Shown here: positions 1 through 13,863 of the stretch, piece after piece
Position numbering within the stretch: the stretch's first letter is position 1
How the letters are laid out: every line of letters begins with the position of its first letter
Origin: Lingula anatina
Taxonomy: Eukaryota; Animalia; Brachiopoda
NCBI GenBank assembly: GCA_051362555.1
Contig: CM120645.1
Location: 5,828,001-5,892,000, forward strand
Direction of reading: 5' to 3'
DNA length: 64,000 nt
Notes under the pieces: generated by a model
The model's database searches: none
Seen by the model: the letters and a program-made list of their open reading frames with translations, nothing else
Told to the model about the DNA's origin: nothing
Program-made: the position numbers and the translations under genes

Positions 1-2196
1 ATATATACTGGAATAATTCCAGACAGTATCTGATTTTACTCACCTCCTTGTAAAATGGTTGGGATCACATTGTTCAAGTTACTTCAACAGATAACTAGAG
101 AATAACTTGCCCTTATCACTGCCTTAAACTAAGCCTTGAATTATTTACAGATATCTCCTTCTCTTAGTCTGCAGCCGAAGTTGCTAAGACATCAGGAGGA
201 TCCAGTGGACTTTAGTGCAGAAAGTACGGGAAGCATGGGCGAGTTTAAAAAGGTAAGAGAAACCCCACCATGAAATCTATACAGGTAATCCACAGTGATC
301 CTTATTGCATTTACTACACTACAAATTCAAGAACCTGGTCTGTTTACATTCACAACTGAAAGTTAATTTGGCAGAACATCCCACAAGCAGGCCTGCTCAG
401 TCTCTCGTGTTTAAACTGAGCAACTTTGTCAGATTTCTCCTCCCATTACACAATCTTCTCTAACGCAATTATCTTAACTCTGAACACAACAGGGCACAAT
501 CATGATGACAAAATCACCAACACTGCATTTCGGGTGCAATGGAATGTAAGTGCCAACATCACTGTGCCAGAATTTCTTCACATTTCTTATCATGTTATTT
601 ATAACAACATTTACCACTATGAGGACATTAAGCTCCATATCAACTAAAACTGATTTTGGGGCATGGCAGGCAAGAACACATTTTGATTGCAATTAAATGT
701 CTAAGTGATGTATGAGTGCCAATTGAAATTCATTAATCAGCCTGCTCATTATGCAGACTACTTAACACAAATACAAGGTAGTTAGTTCATGGTTGCTATC
801 AGGCATCAGGTTTAAGGGCTTCTTTTTTTTTAAATGTCCAGTTTTGTTGAACAGCCCCCTATCTCTTCTCTACCACAATGACCTCAAGTCACATCATGTC
901 ACAATCTCAAAGAAACACATTCACAAACTCAGGACCTGGTCAACCTCTCAGTTCAGTGCTAATGTCTGTCATTTTTTTCTTGCGTGTGTGTTGTGATACA
1001 CTAGAATCTTTCCCAGTGAAACTAAAAACTCTTGATTTTCATACACGCTTATAGCTTGTATAGCAACTTTGTAGGTTTATGGAAAGTATTTTAGCCATGC
1101 AGCAATTATAATGGGGGTTTCGTGTGGAAAATTGATCTGCCATCATCTTAATCACGAACCTATCTTACTACTTACAAATAATGAAAAATTTTAATGGCAA
1201 AGATCCTTGTTCAAATTAGTAACAGCCTTTGTTGAATAAACCTCTTCCCTAGGCTATCCTAGACCAGAACATTTAAATTTCTCTTAGAGCCCACCCACCC
1301 ACAACCATCCTTCCACTTCTGACCTTTTTTAAGTGGTCATGGCCATGGACTTACCAAACCACCTCAGGCAGTGGTTATCCATAATGAATGAACTATTCAC
1401 TTCTGGCCCCTTGGGCTTAAGGCTATTTCACACCTTTGTATTCCACAAGCTGAAATAAGTGGTACTCAATACATCTTTTTTAATATGATAATAGACTTTC
1501 TTCACACATATTTTATTGACTTCAAGGCACTTACTGTGCAAAAATCTGATTGCAATACTTTGTACGTTGATCATTATCCAGAACCACTAGAGACAATCTT
1601 AGAATTGTATAAGTCATCTTTGTTAAACTTTGACTCACAAGATTATTATCAACAAATATAATTTAGGAAAAGTGTCATACACTGGATTAAGTGATTAATC
1701 ATTACAGTTCTGCTCAATTTCATTTGGAGAAGATCTGAATATGGAGTTTTAGCATGTCTGATTTTCTTATCACTAATGTGAGCTCCTGCTGCATATCCCA
1801 AACTTTTTTTATCTCTTCACTAGGAACTGAGAAATGAATTAATGTTCACTTCATAGAAAAAATCACTTGGGGATACTATTGTAATATATCATGTACATTG
1901 TAAACCATTTGGCCAGCTTTCACCCAGGTCTCTCATTATTTTTATATTGGTTCTTTCTTTTACTTGACTATTAACTATTTTCAATATGGCAGAAGATACA
2001 GAGAACTGCACTGACAAACAGGACACAAAAGTAAAAATTACTAATCTACATTACCAGTATATACAGTTCTATCTATATATCTTTACTTATAAATACAGAC
2101 ACCTTGTAACAAAGCAACCAGTCTTTTTCTGGTGCTATAATTGTCAACTGCACAAATTTGATGCCAGTATCAAATATGAACTGAGCCACACAATCT

Positions 2197-2197
<1 letters not shown>

Positions 2198-2260
<63 letters not shown>
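2198..2260. repeat. Poly(A) tract
   Basis: About 60 nt of nearly pure A. Confidence 0.95.
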
Positions 2261-2261
<1 letters not shown>

Positions 2262-2699
2262 TTGACAAATCTATCAATGAATGATTATAAATAAAATTCC
2301 TTTCAGCAACTTACCTCAAAATGTTACTACAGGTGTCACACTCCTGCCTTAAGACTGGACAAATTGTCACAAAAAGCCCACACCAGGAATCAGGCACACA
2401 CACACACAAACTCTATAGCTGACACAGCTCAGTGATTCTTATTATGTGTGAGCTTTAATTAACCTGTACGGAGAGGTAACAGAAGAGGGTGGGCCTACAA
2501 TTATCTTTAGATCTTAACAGTGTCCTGTATCTAATTAACCCCTAATAATTACCCCTCTCACGGCTAAGGGAAATGCCCTCTTCCTGTGCTGCCATGGGGG
2601 TTAGGGGTAGGGGAGGATGGGCCTCCTACTAAATGATCTGTACAAGTGTTTCCTGGGCTGAGCTGACTCAACAACATTTTGTTTTTGAGAATTAACTCA

Positions 2700-2917
2700 T
2701 TGACCCCATTTCCAGAGATTAGATCGATCTACTTTAGATCGACCTAACTCCCTGGGGGTTCATGCTAAATAGCTGTCAGCCAAGCGGACACGAAAGTTAA
2801 TTACCCCCTTACAGCTTGTAGTAGGCGGGACGGACATTTAAGCCGGATTATCTGACAGTAATCTAGTGAGACTCCCCGCAGGGATAGATCGATCTAAAAG
2901 CTCTGAGAATACAGCCA
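2700..2917. mobile_element. Degenerate MITE-like element
   Basis: GC-richer island with CAGAG..TAGATCGATCTA near the left end and TAGATCGATCTAAAAGCTCTG near the right end, forming imperfect inverted ends. Confidence 0.45.
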
Positions 2918-3453
2918 TTGTTATTGTAAACCAACCTTAAGAGTAAACTGGTTTGCTTATCTATTGCTCAAGGTGATGAGCAAGGTAGATAAAGGAAGAT
3001 GACAAAAGGATTCTGAGGGGTGGGGCTTCATTAGGTGTCCTCATTTATTATAGGTGAGAACAGATGTGAGAATACATTTGGGAGGATGGGGACATATCAA
3101 AGATAGACGTAAAATTTTTTAGTCTAACAGTTTGAAAAGCTCCTCTAGTTATTTCTGAAGATGACCTTAATGTAACATTGCAAGGGACATTCAAAATGGG
3201 GTATTTTGACTTCTGAAACAACTCTGAAGAAGTGTTAGTCACCCTGGAAGACTAAATGATTGCATGGCCCTAGTCCATACAAGTGTTATATATATCACAG
3301 AATATACTAGTATAAGCAGCATTACTAGGCATTTCAAAATACAAAATATTCCCTTAAGAATATAATCATTGATTTCTAGCGAAAAGAATTCAATAATAAG
3401 TATTTTAAAACGTCATAATTCAATATTACTCGACTTTTTTATAGCAGTGCTGA

Positions 3454-3490
<37 letters not shown>
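3454..3490. repeat. (AAT)n microsatellite
   Basis: About 12 AAT units. Confidence 0.95.
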
Positions 3491-3492
<2 letters not shown>

Positions 3493-6019
3493 GTAAATAA
3501 ATAAAAGACCAAAAATATTTGATGCCTTTCTACCTGTAGAAACTGCTTTGCCCCATTCTCACAGAACACCTCCCCAGCTTTGATATACATGAAATTATTC
3601 CATTCCTTTCTTTTGTAATGTTTCCTTTCATATAAAAAGATGGTTTCATTCCTTAAAGGACAATTTTTCCTCCCATCAGTGTTGTTTCTCATTACCAATA
3701 TCAATATTCACAAATTGTCTGCTTTGTTGGCTTCTTATGTTCTTATTTTAATCGATTTTCTTTGCCTCTTGAGTAAAATCTCCAGCCTTGAGGGAGACCA
3801 TTGTAACCAGCTTCATGGAGAATAAAAAGTCAATTTTCTTGAAGATTAATTCTCTCTTTGAGATGGATCTTTTTTATCTCGCTTTATTTGCTTAGAAATA
3901 GTTCCAATTATTTTAGTTAATAGTGTGCACACCATGAGAAAATAGGGGAACAATGATGGAAATTGCCTCAATACAATTTTCACGTTTTCAAACCTGATAC
4001 CCTTTTTTTTTTTTACTTAAAAATTGATTTCTGGACTTGTCCATTGATGGATTGAGTTAAGATGGGTGTGAATGCCCTGAAAAATACAGCAAACTTAATA
4101 GACACTTGTGTCTCTCTTTGTATATGAATTAGGTTTGATTTCTGTCAGATTATAGGAAAGCTGCTTACAGTGGTGGCAATAATGAACTTAACTTTTCCAT
4201 TTTGTTACTACAATATGGAATAATCTATCGACTTTCTGTTCAGGCTACATCTCCTGGAATGCACTTGATTTGATATATCTTGGCACAGGGCACTGGGAGT
4301 AGGTGTACTCCTACGATAAAACAACTTTTTAAAAATTAATCTCAATCCTTTTATAAGCCCATGGCCAGCAACTTTAAAGGGGGGTTCTTTTCTAAAAAAT
4401 ATGGACCTTTATTATCCCGTAAGTCCACTAACATTCAATAAAAAGGATTTAATTTGAGAAATGGCAAAGAAACCAGATCATATTTTGATTCTGTGTATGG
4501 ACGACTTTTTCCTGCCAAAATTGCAATTCTTTTGAATACCCCCAGCCTAGCTGCCCATATAAGCCCATTTCACCATAAAAAGAGATATCCTTTATTATGT
4601 CATTTAAACCAAGAAAAGAACAAAATTAATCAATCCACATACCTTTAAAAATCTGAAACAGAAGTGCCTATGCATAACATCACTTACTATAAATTCATAT
4701 TCTTCATTTGAATATTGCCACTGGTCAGCTTTACAATGCCAATTGCCAATGCTTTGTAACCAATATACAAGAACACGTTGATTCTGCCAAGGACAAATCA
4801 CGAACCAAACCAAGAGTTCTTGTCCAAGCCAATTAGGGCAATATACCAGTGTGCCTACATGTACAACCATGTGGGTAATCTAATTACACTGCAGTGTTGC
4901 TCTCTGATATGCATAGCACTGGTCCTTGAGGAGAATGGAGATTTCTTGCTTAATATGCCTGGTTTACAAAAGCTTTTAAGCTTTTAAAGCACTCACCGGT
5001 TTAATATCAAATTTTAGTTTTAGGGAGTTATAAAAATTTTCTTCACAGTTCACACAGTTGGAGTTTGGGGTGTTGGGGTGCATTCAGTCCAACGCCACAA
5101 GTACTGTTGTGATTCACATATTTCATGATTCGCATATTTCAAACACTTTGTCTACAACAAAATTAAAGAAAAAACAAGGTTCAAAATTTTAGTTCAATGA
5201 AAACATAAATTCTGACATAAACTGAACTCAATTTCCACATTTCTTAGTCATCTTTTATGCTTTTTACAAAACAATTGAATATAGGTCTACAAATAATAAA
5301 TTCCATTCAAATTTAGTGAGTAATTACAGTACTCATTCCTGTATTTTAAAATTGTTCATCCTATCCAACTGTAATTGTGCGTTGTCTTCTGCAGTTATTT
5401 GTTTACTTCAACAGAAAACACAAAAAGGTCCAGCACCATCTTGGATGCGAACCTATACCAATTTAATCCTTATTCCATTAAAAATAATGAAGGCTAATTT
5501 GTTTTTGTTAATTTGTTGAGAAATAAAACACTTAAATGATTTTTGAGTTCTTAGAAGGAAAGGCCATGTTTACTTTTCAGTTATACATACACTGATAGAA
5601 CAAATTCACTGGGCTTGGTGGCACCAGGCATACCATGCATAAGATTACCTGCAAACTTGCTTCGCCCCACATTTTCCAAAATCTTATTTTTACAGGGTTT
5701 ATTATTTCCAATCACCCGGAAAAACAGGCTTCTTGATACTAACCCAACTGCTTTCATTAATTTTTTTTTTCAGATAAATAAATAAGCTAAATGTTCCTAA
5801 GGTTTTTAGCAGCCTACCTTAACAAATTTTAGACTTCAACTCAAACATATAAGATAAACTGCACTTCATTTCTTGGACTTCTATGCCAGGTGAAGAAAGC
5901 AACAAGTGCAGGAAATGACCATCAGAGGGGTGACCACACCAAGGTATCCACACCAAGGTGACCACATCAAGGCATTTCGGTGTTAATTTGAGTTAACTGT
6001 TGCCAGACATGCGACTGTC

Positions 6020-6108
6020 ATGGAGGATGGGAATGTATACAAGTACATCAATATGTCCACTGGTGCAGTGGACATATTGATGTACTTGTATACATTCCCA
6101 TCCTCCAT
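6020..6108. repeat. Perfect 43-bp inverted repeat with 3-nt loop
   Basis: 6020-6062 is the exact reverse complement of 6066-6108; the loop is GTG. Confidence 0.97.
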
Positions 6109-6167
6109 CAATATGTCCACTGGTGCAGTGACAGACACCTATCCTTCCTGCTATGCACATTCTAATC

Positions 6168-6334
6168 CAGGCCCATAGCCAGGGGGGTTTGGGGGGTTAG
6201 AAAGAACCACCCCTTTTGCTGGGAAAAGGTCCACTCTGGGTAAAATTTGATCTAGGTACATGAAGTTTTTATGGGAAAAGGTCCACTTTTTAAGAAAAAG
6301 AACCCCCCTTTTGAAATTGCTGGCTATGGGCCTG
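6168..6334. mobile_element. MITE with CAGG...CCTG ends and 5-bp TSD
   Basis: TIR CAGGCCCATAGCCAG / CTGGCTATGGGCCTG, with TAATC on both sides. Related copies lie at 32910-33098 and, degenerate, at ~4355-4560. Confidence 0.8.
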
Positions 6335-7600
6335 TAATCTTTACCTCTACACCTTCCTCTCTCTCCCCACATTCCACCCGATTTGATATTTCTCTCTCTC
6401 CACCATGCATTCATTCAATCCATACAGATCACATTGCCATCTCTCTCTCTCTCTCTGTGATCTCATACATCAAGGTATTTATTTTTGGCTTTATTTGCCC
6501 CACACCTGCATCAGTAAAAACAAAATAATCACCAACACATTTGTAAAAATATTTTGGTGTAATTGTGCTTCAAATTGATACAAATCATATTTCATGTCCC
6601 ATATTCATTTTTATTTCACCCTTTGATGTGATGTCCAAACACCTTTTACATGGCATGATACCCTGTAGTTTACCATATAGAGGCTCATCTGTCACCCTTT
6701 TAAGTTGACATTAATTCTTTCATGTACAGTGTTAATTATTAGGATGTGTACTGATAAGTAATTCTATATATCCTAATTTGTGAAAAGTTTCATATTTATT
6801 TCCTTTGCTTTGCATCTATAGGAGTACATCATGGATGGTATCAGAGAATGCTAAAATAGGAATATTCGAATATTTCATACAGAGTGGACAAAAACAAGCA
6901 AGCAACCATATGTTTATGTAACTCTCTTACGAAAAAGGAGGAACTTCTCTACAAGCTGAAGTTGACAATTAAGCAATACAATGAACCATTCTGCAACAAT
7001 GGATGAGGGAGAGAAGACTTTAATGATAACCATAAAAATTCTGTAAAACTTTCTCCTGAAAAAAATAAGCATTATGCAGATTTGAATTAACAAAGATCAA
7101 ACAAAATGTCTTCAGTGGATCATAAATGCCAACAAAAGACTGGAAGAGGTGTCTGTACAACATGCCTACCTTGATGCTTACACGTTTATAACTCCAGGGA
7201 AGACAGATTTTCTGTGGTATCCTTCTGGCTTTTCAGAATGATTTAAAATCCATGGCACACCTTGAAAAACAAACTGAAAAAATTAGCATAATATCATTTA
7301 TTCAAAGTTTTGATCAAAGGACATTTATGCATTTCACTTCAGGTGAACAGTGGTCAACAATGCTTTCAAATATTTATGAAATATTTTGACTACATGAATG
7401 TTACTGCACAGATAAAACATATATCTCTCTATATTGCGTTTTTTTGCAAATCTTAAAAGTCATACATACATGTATTGCATAAGTGATAATTACATAATTA
7501 CATAAATACATAAATCAAGTTCTGAGATGGTTATAAAACTTTGTCCTTTGATCTTGATTTTGAGCCCAGGTAGAACATGTTGCACCGTGGATAAAAACTT

Positions 7601-7843
7601 AGAGCTCATTCACAATGAAACTATCATTCTACCTACATCATTCCATCTCCATGGAAGCTTTTACTGAATGCAATCAGATTAACATTTAGCATGCCTTCTT
7701 GTTTTCAGTGTGCCCCTGTAATCACCAGCTTTTCTGTATTCTGCTCAGTGCATGTTAATCTGACAATCTGATTGCATTCTGCGATAGTCCGTGCAGAATT
7801 GGATCAATCTACGAAGAACAAGTGTTTCATTGGAAATGAGCCT
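7601..7843. mobile_element. Dispersed Harbinger-like MITE family, representative copy
   Basis: TIR GCTCATTCACAATGAAAC / GTTTCATTGGAAATGAGC in TTA/TAA context. The core GAATGCAATCAGATTAAC...TAATCACCAGCTT recurs at ~10770-10975, ~18840-19065, ~19518-19685 and, reversed, ~34300-34465. Confidence 0.7.
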
Positions 7844-9997
7844 TAAGAGACAACGAGTAAGAATTTTTTTAAATTCTAGTCACAATAAACTTAACTTCAA
7901 GGTTTTCAATTGTACCGGTACTTGCATGGTAGCAACTCTAGGATAAATTTTTAAAGCAAAATTTGACTGGGTCTACTTTTTTTAATTAATTGATTCATTT
8001 ATCAAGCATTAAAATGTGCTGGAAGACAAAAATTGGATGCAAACAAAATCATCTGGTGTTTAAGAAGGAGAGAGAGATTTTGGGTTGTTGAGTCTCAGAA
8101 CTGTGAAATCTTTGTCAACAAGGGCTGAAGTATGCCCAGCTGTAAAAGGATTAAAAGCTGTCACACTGAACAATAATGAACATGATTTAGACCCCTGCTG
8201 AATATTACATTTATATGAATAGTACAGCACTTCACCTATCATCTCCAGTGCTAAACTTAAGTTATAACCCACCTAGTAACTAATTCAATTTAATCTTAAG
8301 AATTCAGATTTATTGTAGCAAGTACATAATATTCATTTCTTCTACTCGAATTATCTTTCGAGTTATAAAATCTGAAAAAAGGTGCTACATTGTATTTTTG
8401 AGCAAGTCAGGTGCAATCTGCCTTTACACAGGACAAAAATGGTCTTTGAACCAATTGACTTGTCTTACAGAAATGTTTTTTCTGTTTTTATCCACGTCTT
8501 CCAGACAAGTTATCCTTTTTCCCAGTGAGAATCCTGGCAAATTCAGGAGTAATGAAACTAGCAGAAACAATCAATTCCTGAAGATTTTTTCAGCTTCCTA
8601 TTAGAGAGGGATGTGCACAAGGGACATACAGACTAATGTAATTTCTTACAAATTTTGAACTCCTTATTTTTTATAACTTTATTTGTTCAATTTTATCATA
8701 TCTGGTTACTCTGGAAATTTCATCTTCTGCGATGAACCCACTTTATTTTTAAATACCTTTCAAACTATCCTTTTTTTCTGGTGGCGCAGATAAAAAATTG
8801 TTTATCTTTTAATTTTGTACAAAACTACTGATTTATTATTGTAGGCCTTGCGTATTAAGGTCTCATCTATTTCACAATCCCCCAGTTTGTTATCCATTAC
8901 ACGTGCTATGTTACGGCTTATTGATTGTCTTTAATATTCTTCCTGATTTAATAGCCAAGTGGAGTCATTAAGCCCCAAACTAAATTACAATTATCATCAA
9001 TATAATTTGTCTCATTTTTTTTTTCACAGCCCTGCTGTCTTGTTTTCTATCTAATGAGCCAAAAGATTGTACATTAGATGACAATTGTGGTAGATTTCTC
9101 TCCAAGATGCACAAATGAAAGCATATTTGCTTGATTTATGTTACAATGTATTTTACACAGTATTAGTTTTTCAATTGCTAGAATGATCAAATCTGGTTGA
9201 TAAAATGTGGGAAGGATTGATTTTTCTGGTCAATTTAACAAGGCATGGTGAAAAGTAAGTTAATAATGGCCAGCACATAAATATACCAAGGATGAATTCA
9301 GTGGATATCTTATATGTACCTTGTCATAAACCCTTTAAATCAATATTTTTTAAAGTCAATTTGATATATGAAACTGTTCAAGGCAATTTAGCAAAATTAT
9401 GTATAATGATACATAAATAAATAAGACAAAACCAAATAAAAGGGAAAATTTGTCAGACATCCTCTGCTATGTTCTTAAACAAAAACTATCAAGTTTCAAA
9501 TATAAAATTAGTTCTATCCAAGATTTAAAAACCAATTACTGGCATACCACTTCTGGCACGAGACAAGTGAACACTTACAAGTATTTGCATTTTCACTTAA
9601 CACAAAATGGCACTATTAAGCAGGATTAGTGAAAGCACTTCTTTTAATAGACAACACATTTGAGCCGCATGCAAAAGAATATATAAGCTGCTAATACAAA
9701 ATTGGAGACCAACGTCAATTAAATTTTACACTTACTGTACCGCCATCCACCAGAATCATAATATACATGTACGGTCAAGAGGCACCTCTTCTTGGCCTAT
9801 AAAGATGGAATTGACCCCGTGGCTCATCTGATGCATCTGTAAAAACACACTGTATTATGTATACCAGTATAATGCACCATTTCAAATATTCTTTGTTGTT
9901 ATACTTTTATCAGGAATGAGAGAAGAAAATGCTAATAAAGGACAATCCTGATCCATTCCCCTAAATAAATCACTTATTGGACATTTCATATAAAATT

Positions 9998-10036
<39 letters not shown>

Positions 10037-10339
10037 CTTTTTATACAGGAGGGAGGATTCTCATACCAGTTTTATGGAGAAAGAATGTTTTCTCCTTAAT
10101 TGGCAGTGACAAGAAAAGACGTTCTATTACATTTCTACTCTACAAATCTATAATTTGCTACCTTGTAAAACTAATATTACAGTCACAAAATGATTAGCTA
10201 TAATTTCCTACACATACCAACTTACCAAGCTGAAGATCAATCAAATATGCAACCTTGTACTTCCGCACACTTTGTCAGACAGGCCAAAATATGCAGGCTG
10301 TATATAGTTACACAAATTTCAAACCATGCACAATCAAAA

Positions 10340-10760
10340 ATATCCTATGATCTTGTTGTCACTACAGCTTCAATACAGGTAGTAGGCCAATGTTTTTCAC
10401 ATCTGACCATAAAACATAATGGCCACCTCTTGAAATTGGGTTGGTCTATTGTGTTACATTCACATCAGAAATAAATTAGACCAGAAATAGACGCATCATT
10501 GACATTAACTGACCAAAAGGATAAAAACTGCAAAAACATGTCATAATATTGTTTTTCATTACAACATCAATGCAGGTTAAATGTTTTTCAACAGCCACGT
10601 CTTAAAACTATGTTTATCTTTTGTGTTGCATTCACACCAGAACTAGCTTAGACCAGAAATGGACTGACAAAAGTACAAGAACACATATCCTAATATTGTT
10701 ATCATTACAACATTAATGTAGGTTGTGTCAAATGGTTTTTCACAGTGGGGTATTAAATAC
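10340..10760. repeat. Degenerate tandem repeat (~150-195 bp, 2-3 copies)
   Basis: The blocks ATATTGTT..CATTACAACAT.AATG.AGGTT..ATGTTTTTCA and CATTCACA.CAGAA....TTAGACCAGAAAT recur; the pattern resumes at ~10980 after a MITE. Confidence 0.6.
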
Positions 10761-11428
10761 TACCCAATTCCATTAGAAACCATTTAATTGGTCTACCTGG
10801 ATCTACCCAACTCTATGTGACTCTCGCTAAATGCAATCAAATGAATACCTCCTCTTGTTTCCAAAGTACACTTGTATAATCACCGGCTTTCTGCATTCTA
10901 ACGCCAGGAAGAGTGTCAATTAATTATGCTGATTGCAGTCAGCAAGAGTCCCTGCAGAGCTGGATCTATCCACGATATATTCACATCAGAATCAACTTGG
11001 ACAAGCTGACAACAGTGCCTGACCTATATTTCTGCTTTATATGGGAATAACAAACCAGAGCCTATAGACAGATGTCCCTTGATCTGTTGAGAAAACCAGT
11101 TAGTCCGTTTCAAGTCTAAATTTGTCCCAATGAAAATACGATCTATGTACTAGTATGCAATTTCCATGGACTACTATCTAGTGTTACTTTAATTTAATGG
11201 AGACCGCAGTAAGTTTATGGGAATTTTAGTGTAAGAAATTGATCTGGGCATGACAGAGCTACATTTCCATAATAAAATAGTTTTTATAACCGTTACTCTT
11301 TATTGTTTGAGATGGTATTAAAGCTTGCATTAAGAACAATGTTATTTAACACTCTGCAGGTGCTGGCTCTCTAAGTGCTTCTCGGGAGTCATGTTCATAG
11401 CTGAAACAACTCAAACCAGAAACAAACC

Positions 11429-12078
11429 AGATAAGATAAGATAAGAGTTTATTCAGCCATTAATATATAAATATAAAATTCATATAAAACGGAAATTGGA
11501 CTGCTATTCGGGTTACAAATTATAAATAAATAAATTATAAATTTCCATTTTTGTTGTTAAAATAAGACACAGCAGATGGGTAAAAACTCTTTAAAAACCT
11601 TTTAGATCCCTTAAAAGTTAAAAGCCTGCAGTTGCTCGGTAAAAATTTAAAAAGCCTATGTGCGGGGTGGGTATAGTCAGACATGATTTTCTCTGTTTTT
11701 GTTACTGATCTATTAGTATAGATGGCACCTAGAGATGATTTTGCCGCACGTTGATGTGACCATATCTAGACGCTTGCGTTCTTCTACAGTGGCCCGCCCA
11801 TACCATACTATGATTGCAAATGTTAATATACTTTCTATAACGCATTTGTAAAAGTTTGCTAAAATCATTTCATTTGAAGTAAAATCCTTCAACTTTCTTA
11901 AAAAATATACCCTTTGCCTCGCTTTTTTTAACTGTTTGTCTATGTGGTCCTTCCATGTAAGTGAGCTATTGAATTCTACCCCCAGCAGTCTAAAATTGGC
12001 TACTTGCTTTACTGCAGTGCCACTGATATGAATGGGTTCTTTCACATTTCTATTCTTTCTGAAGTCATCTGATATCAT
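11429..12078 (-). mobile_element. 5'-truncated non-LTR retrotransposon (Rex1/Babar- or L2/CR1-group), RT C-terminal region and 3' tail
   Basis: The ORF reads FRLLGVEFNSSLTWKDHI...KKARQRVYFLRKL...FYKCVIESILTFAIIVWYG and continues after a frameshift as IMSDYTHPAHRLFKFLPS...SFYPSA. The 3' end has AATAAA followed by a (CTTAT)n tail at ~11429-11453. Confidence 0.88.
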
Positions 12079-13863
12079 ATATTAGAAAATCAGACTGCTC
12101 AATATTGGGTTCACAGTTGAAGACATGCCAAGAGCCTTAAGGCAGGCTGGGTATCAAGTGATGTCATTTAGTTTTTTCCCTCTGGTTCAATTAGTTAGGT
12201 CAGTTGTGAACAGGCCTATGTAAAACACCAAGGTATGTGAAGAGTGTGACACAGTAGTAAAACGTTTTTATTGTTTGAGCATTTCAAATAGTGGCATTTA
12301 CCGTCTGATCACAGCTAATTGCCACAATCTTAAATGACACTGAAATAACATGTTTTGTAAGTAAAGCAAGCATAGTATAAGAGTGTCAAAACAGTTTACC
12401 TTTTTCACAGTATCTTTTCAATATTTTCCTTCAAACTGTGGCACAGATCAAATTAAAATCCACAAGCACTGTCTGTATTTACCTAATACTATATGTCCAC
12501 ATTGAAAGAAAAAACAATGTTCAAACAAATGTTGAAAGATCTTATGGGTACGTATTTTTGAGAATAATTGAAAGTTGAATTACAAAATCTATGTGCTGAG
12601 GTAAGACCCCAGATTCTAGAGATAGGGAACCGATTTCTGAAATATTGAGAAGGTATGTTTTTGCTTGGGTCAAGAAGGCACCTACTGACAGAAATAAAAA
12701 AGCAATTAAGGTAAATCATCAATGTTCAATCAAACTACAAATATGTTTTACTTTTCTAGAATTATAACAATACAGAAATTCTGGGTATATAAAAAAGCAA
12801 ACCTAAATACACTTCTACTAAACTAAAACTCTAAACTGACTATTTGCCGTTTGTGGTATTTCATTAATCAAACCTTATTCAATGACCTCTGGGTTAAGAC
12901 CATCAAAACTGGTAAATTTCAACTATATTATAGAGCAAAGGATGAATGTGAGGATTCAAACTCCTCCTAGAAATTGTAAAAAAACTTCATGTAAAAATTG
13001 TAAAATGCCATGACTATGCCAATAAAAAAAAACTGAGAACTCAATCTGGCAGTATAAAACTGAAGACATAAACAATCAAAAACTAATATAAAACTTTAAT
13101 TAAAGAGATTATCTGTACTTTTCTTTCATCTTGCCTGGGTATTTCTGTGAGTGAAAAAAAAAATAATTTCAATTCCATTTGTTACTGCATTAATTGGGAC
13201 TCTTAGGCACAGTGTGGTTTTCCAGGCCAAGTACCATTAAACACTATGGGATTCTGTTTCTCCAGCTTGTTTTTTTAAATGGACCTACATATTATACTAA
13301 TCTGGCTTCCTGAAAGTAAAAGCTAAAACTACAATGCAGTAACACTTGCTTGACATCAATATCTGTTAATGTATGTTAAAATATGAATACTGGGTAAATG
13401 TCCACTCAGTTTTCAAAACACTTCCAAGAATATCAAAACTGTGTTTTTGGAACTCTCCCTCACGCATTAGGGTTATATACCTGTCTACATGCTCATGTCA
13501 CAACTTAAGATGTACCTCAGCATTCAGAAAAAAAATTCTAAATATTCTGGAGACTGGAAGAAGTACAGGTGTGTCTATACTTCTGTCTTAATTCATAAAC
13601 CATTTGGCTTAGGCATCGAAATTTAGGTTAAATATTTATTATCTATAACTACAATATAATAATTATTGCAGCCAACTTTTTGCCTGTCTCCTAAATTTTT
13701 ATGATATAAAAATAGAACGTTTTGGGTAATACCACGTAGGTTTTGGCACACTACTTCCATTTTGTTCAAGATCCACAGACTTGTGCTGAGCTGCACCTGT
13801 ATTCTAGAGCACTTTTCCAGAGATCCTTCAAAACATATTTCCTCTGACTTCACACCTCATCTT

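Noticed and set aside
426-692. Overlapping 72-73 aa ORFs on both strands
   Set aside because: No recognisable motif and no phase-compatible exon chain.
1986-2294. Lysine-rich ORF
   Set aside because: It arises from a poly(A) tract.
2973-3016. GTGATGA...CTGA resembling C/D-box snoRNA motifs
   Set aside because: Only ~44 nt long, with no terminal stem and no recognisable guide sequence.
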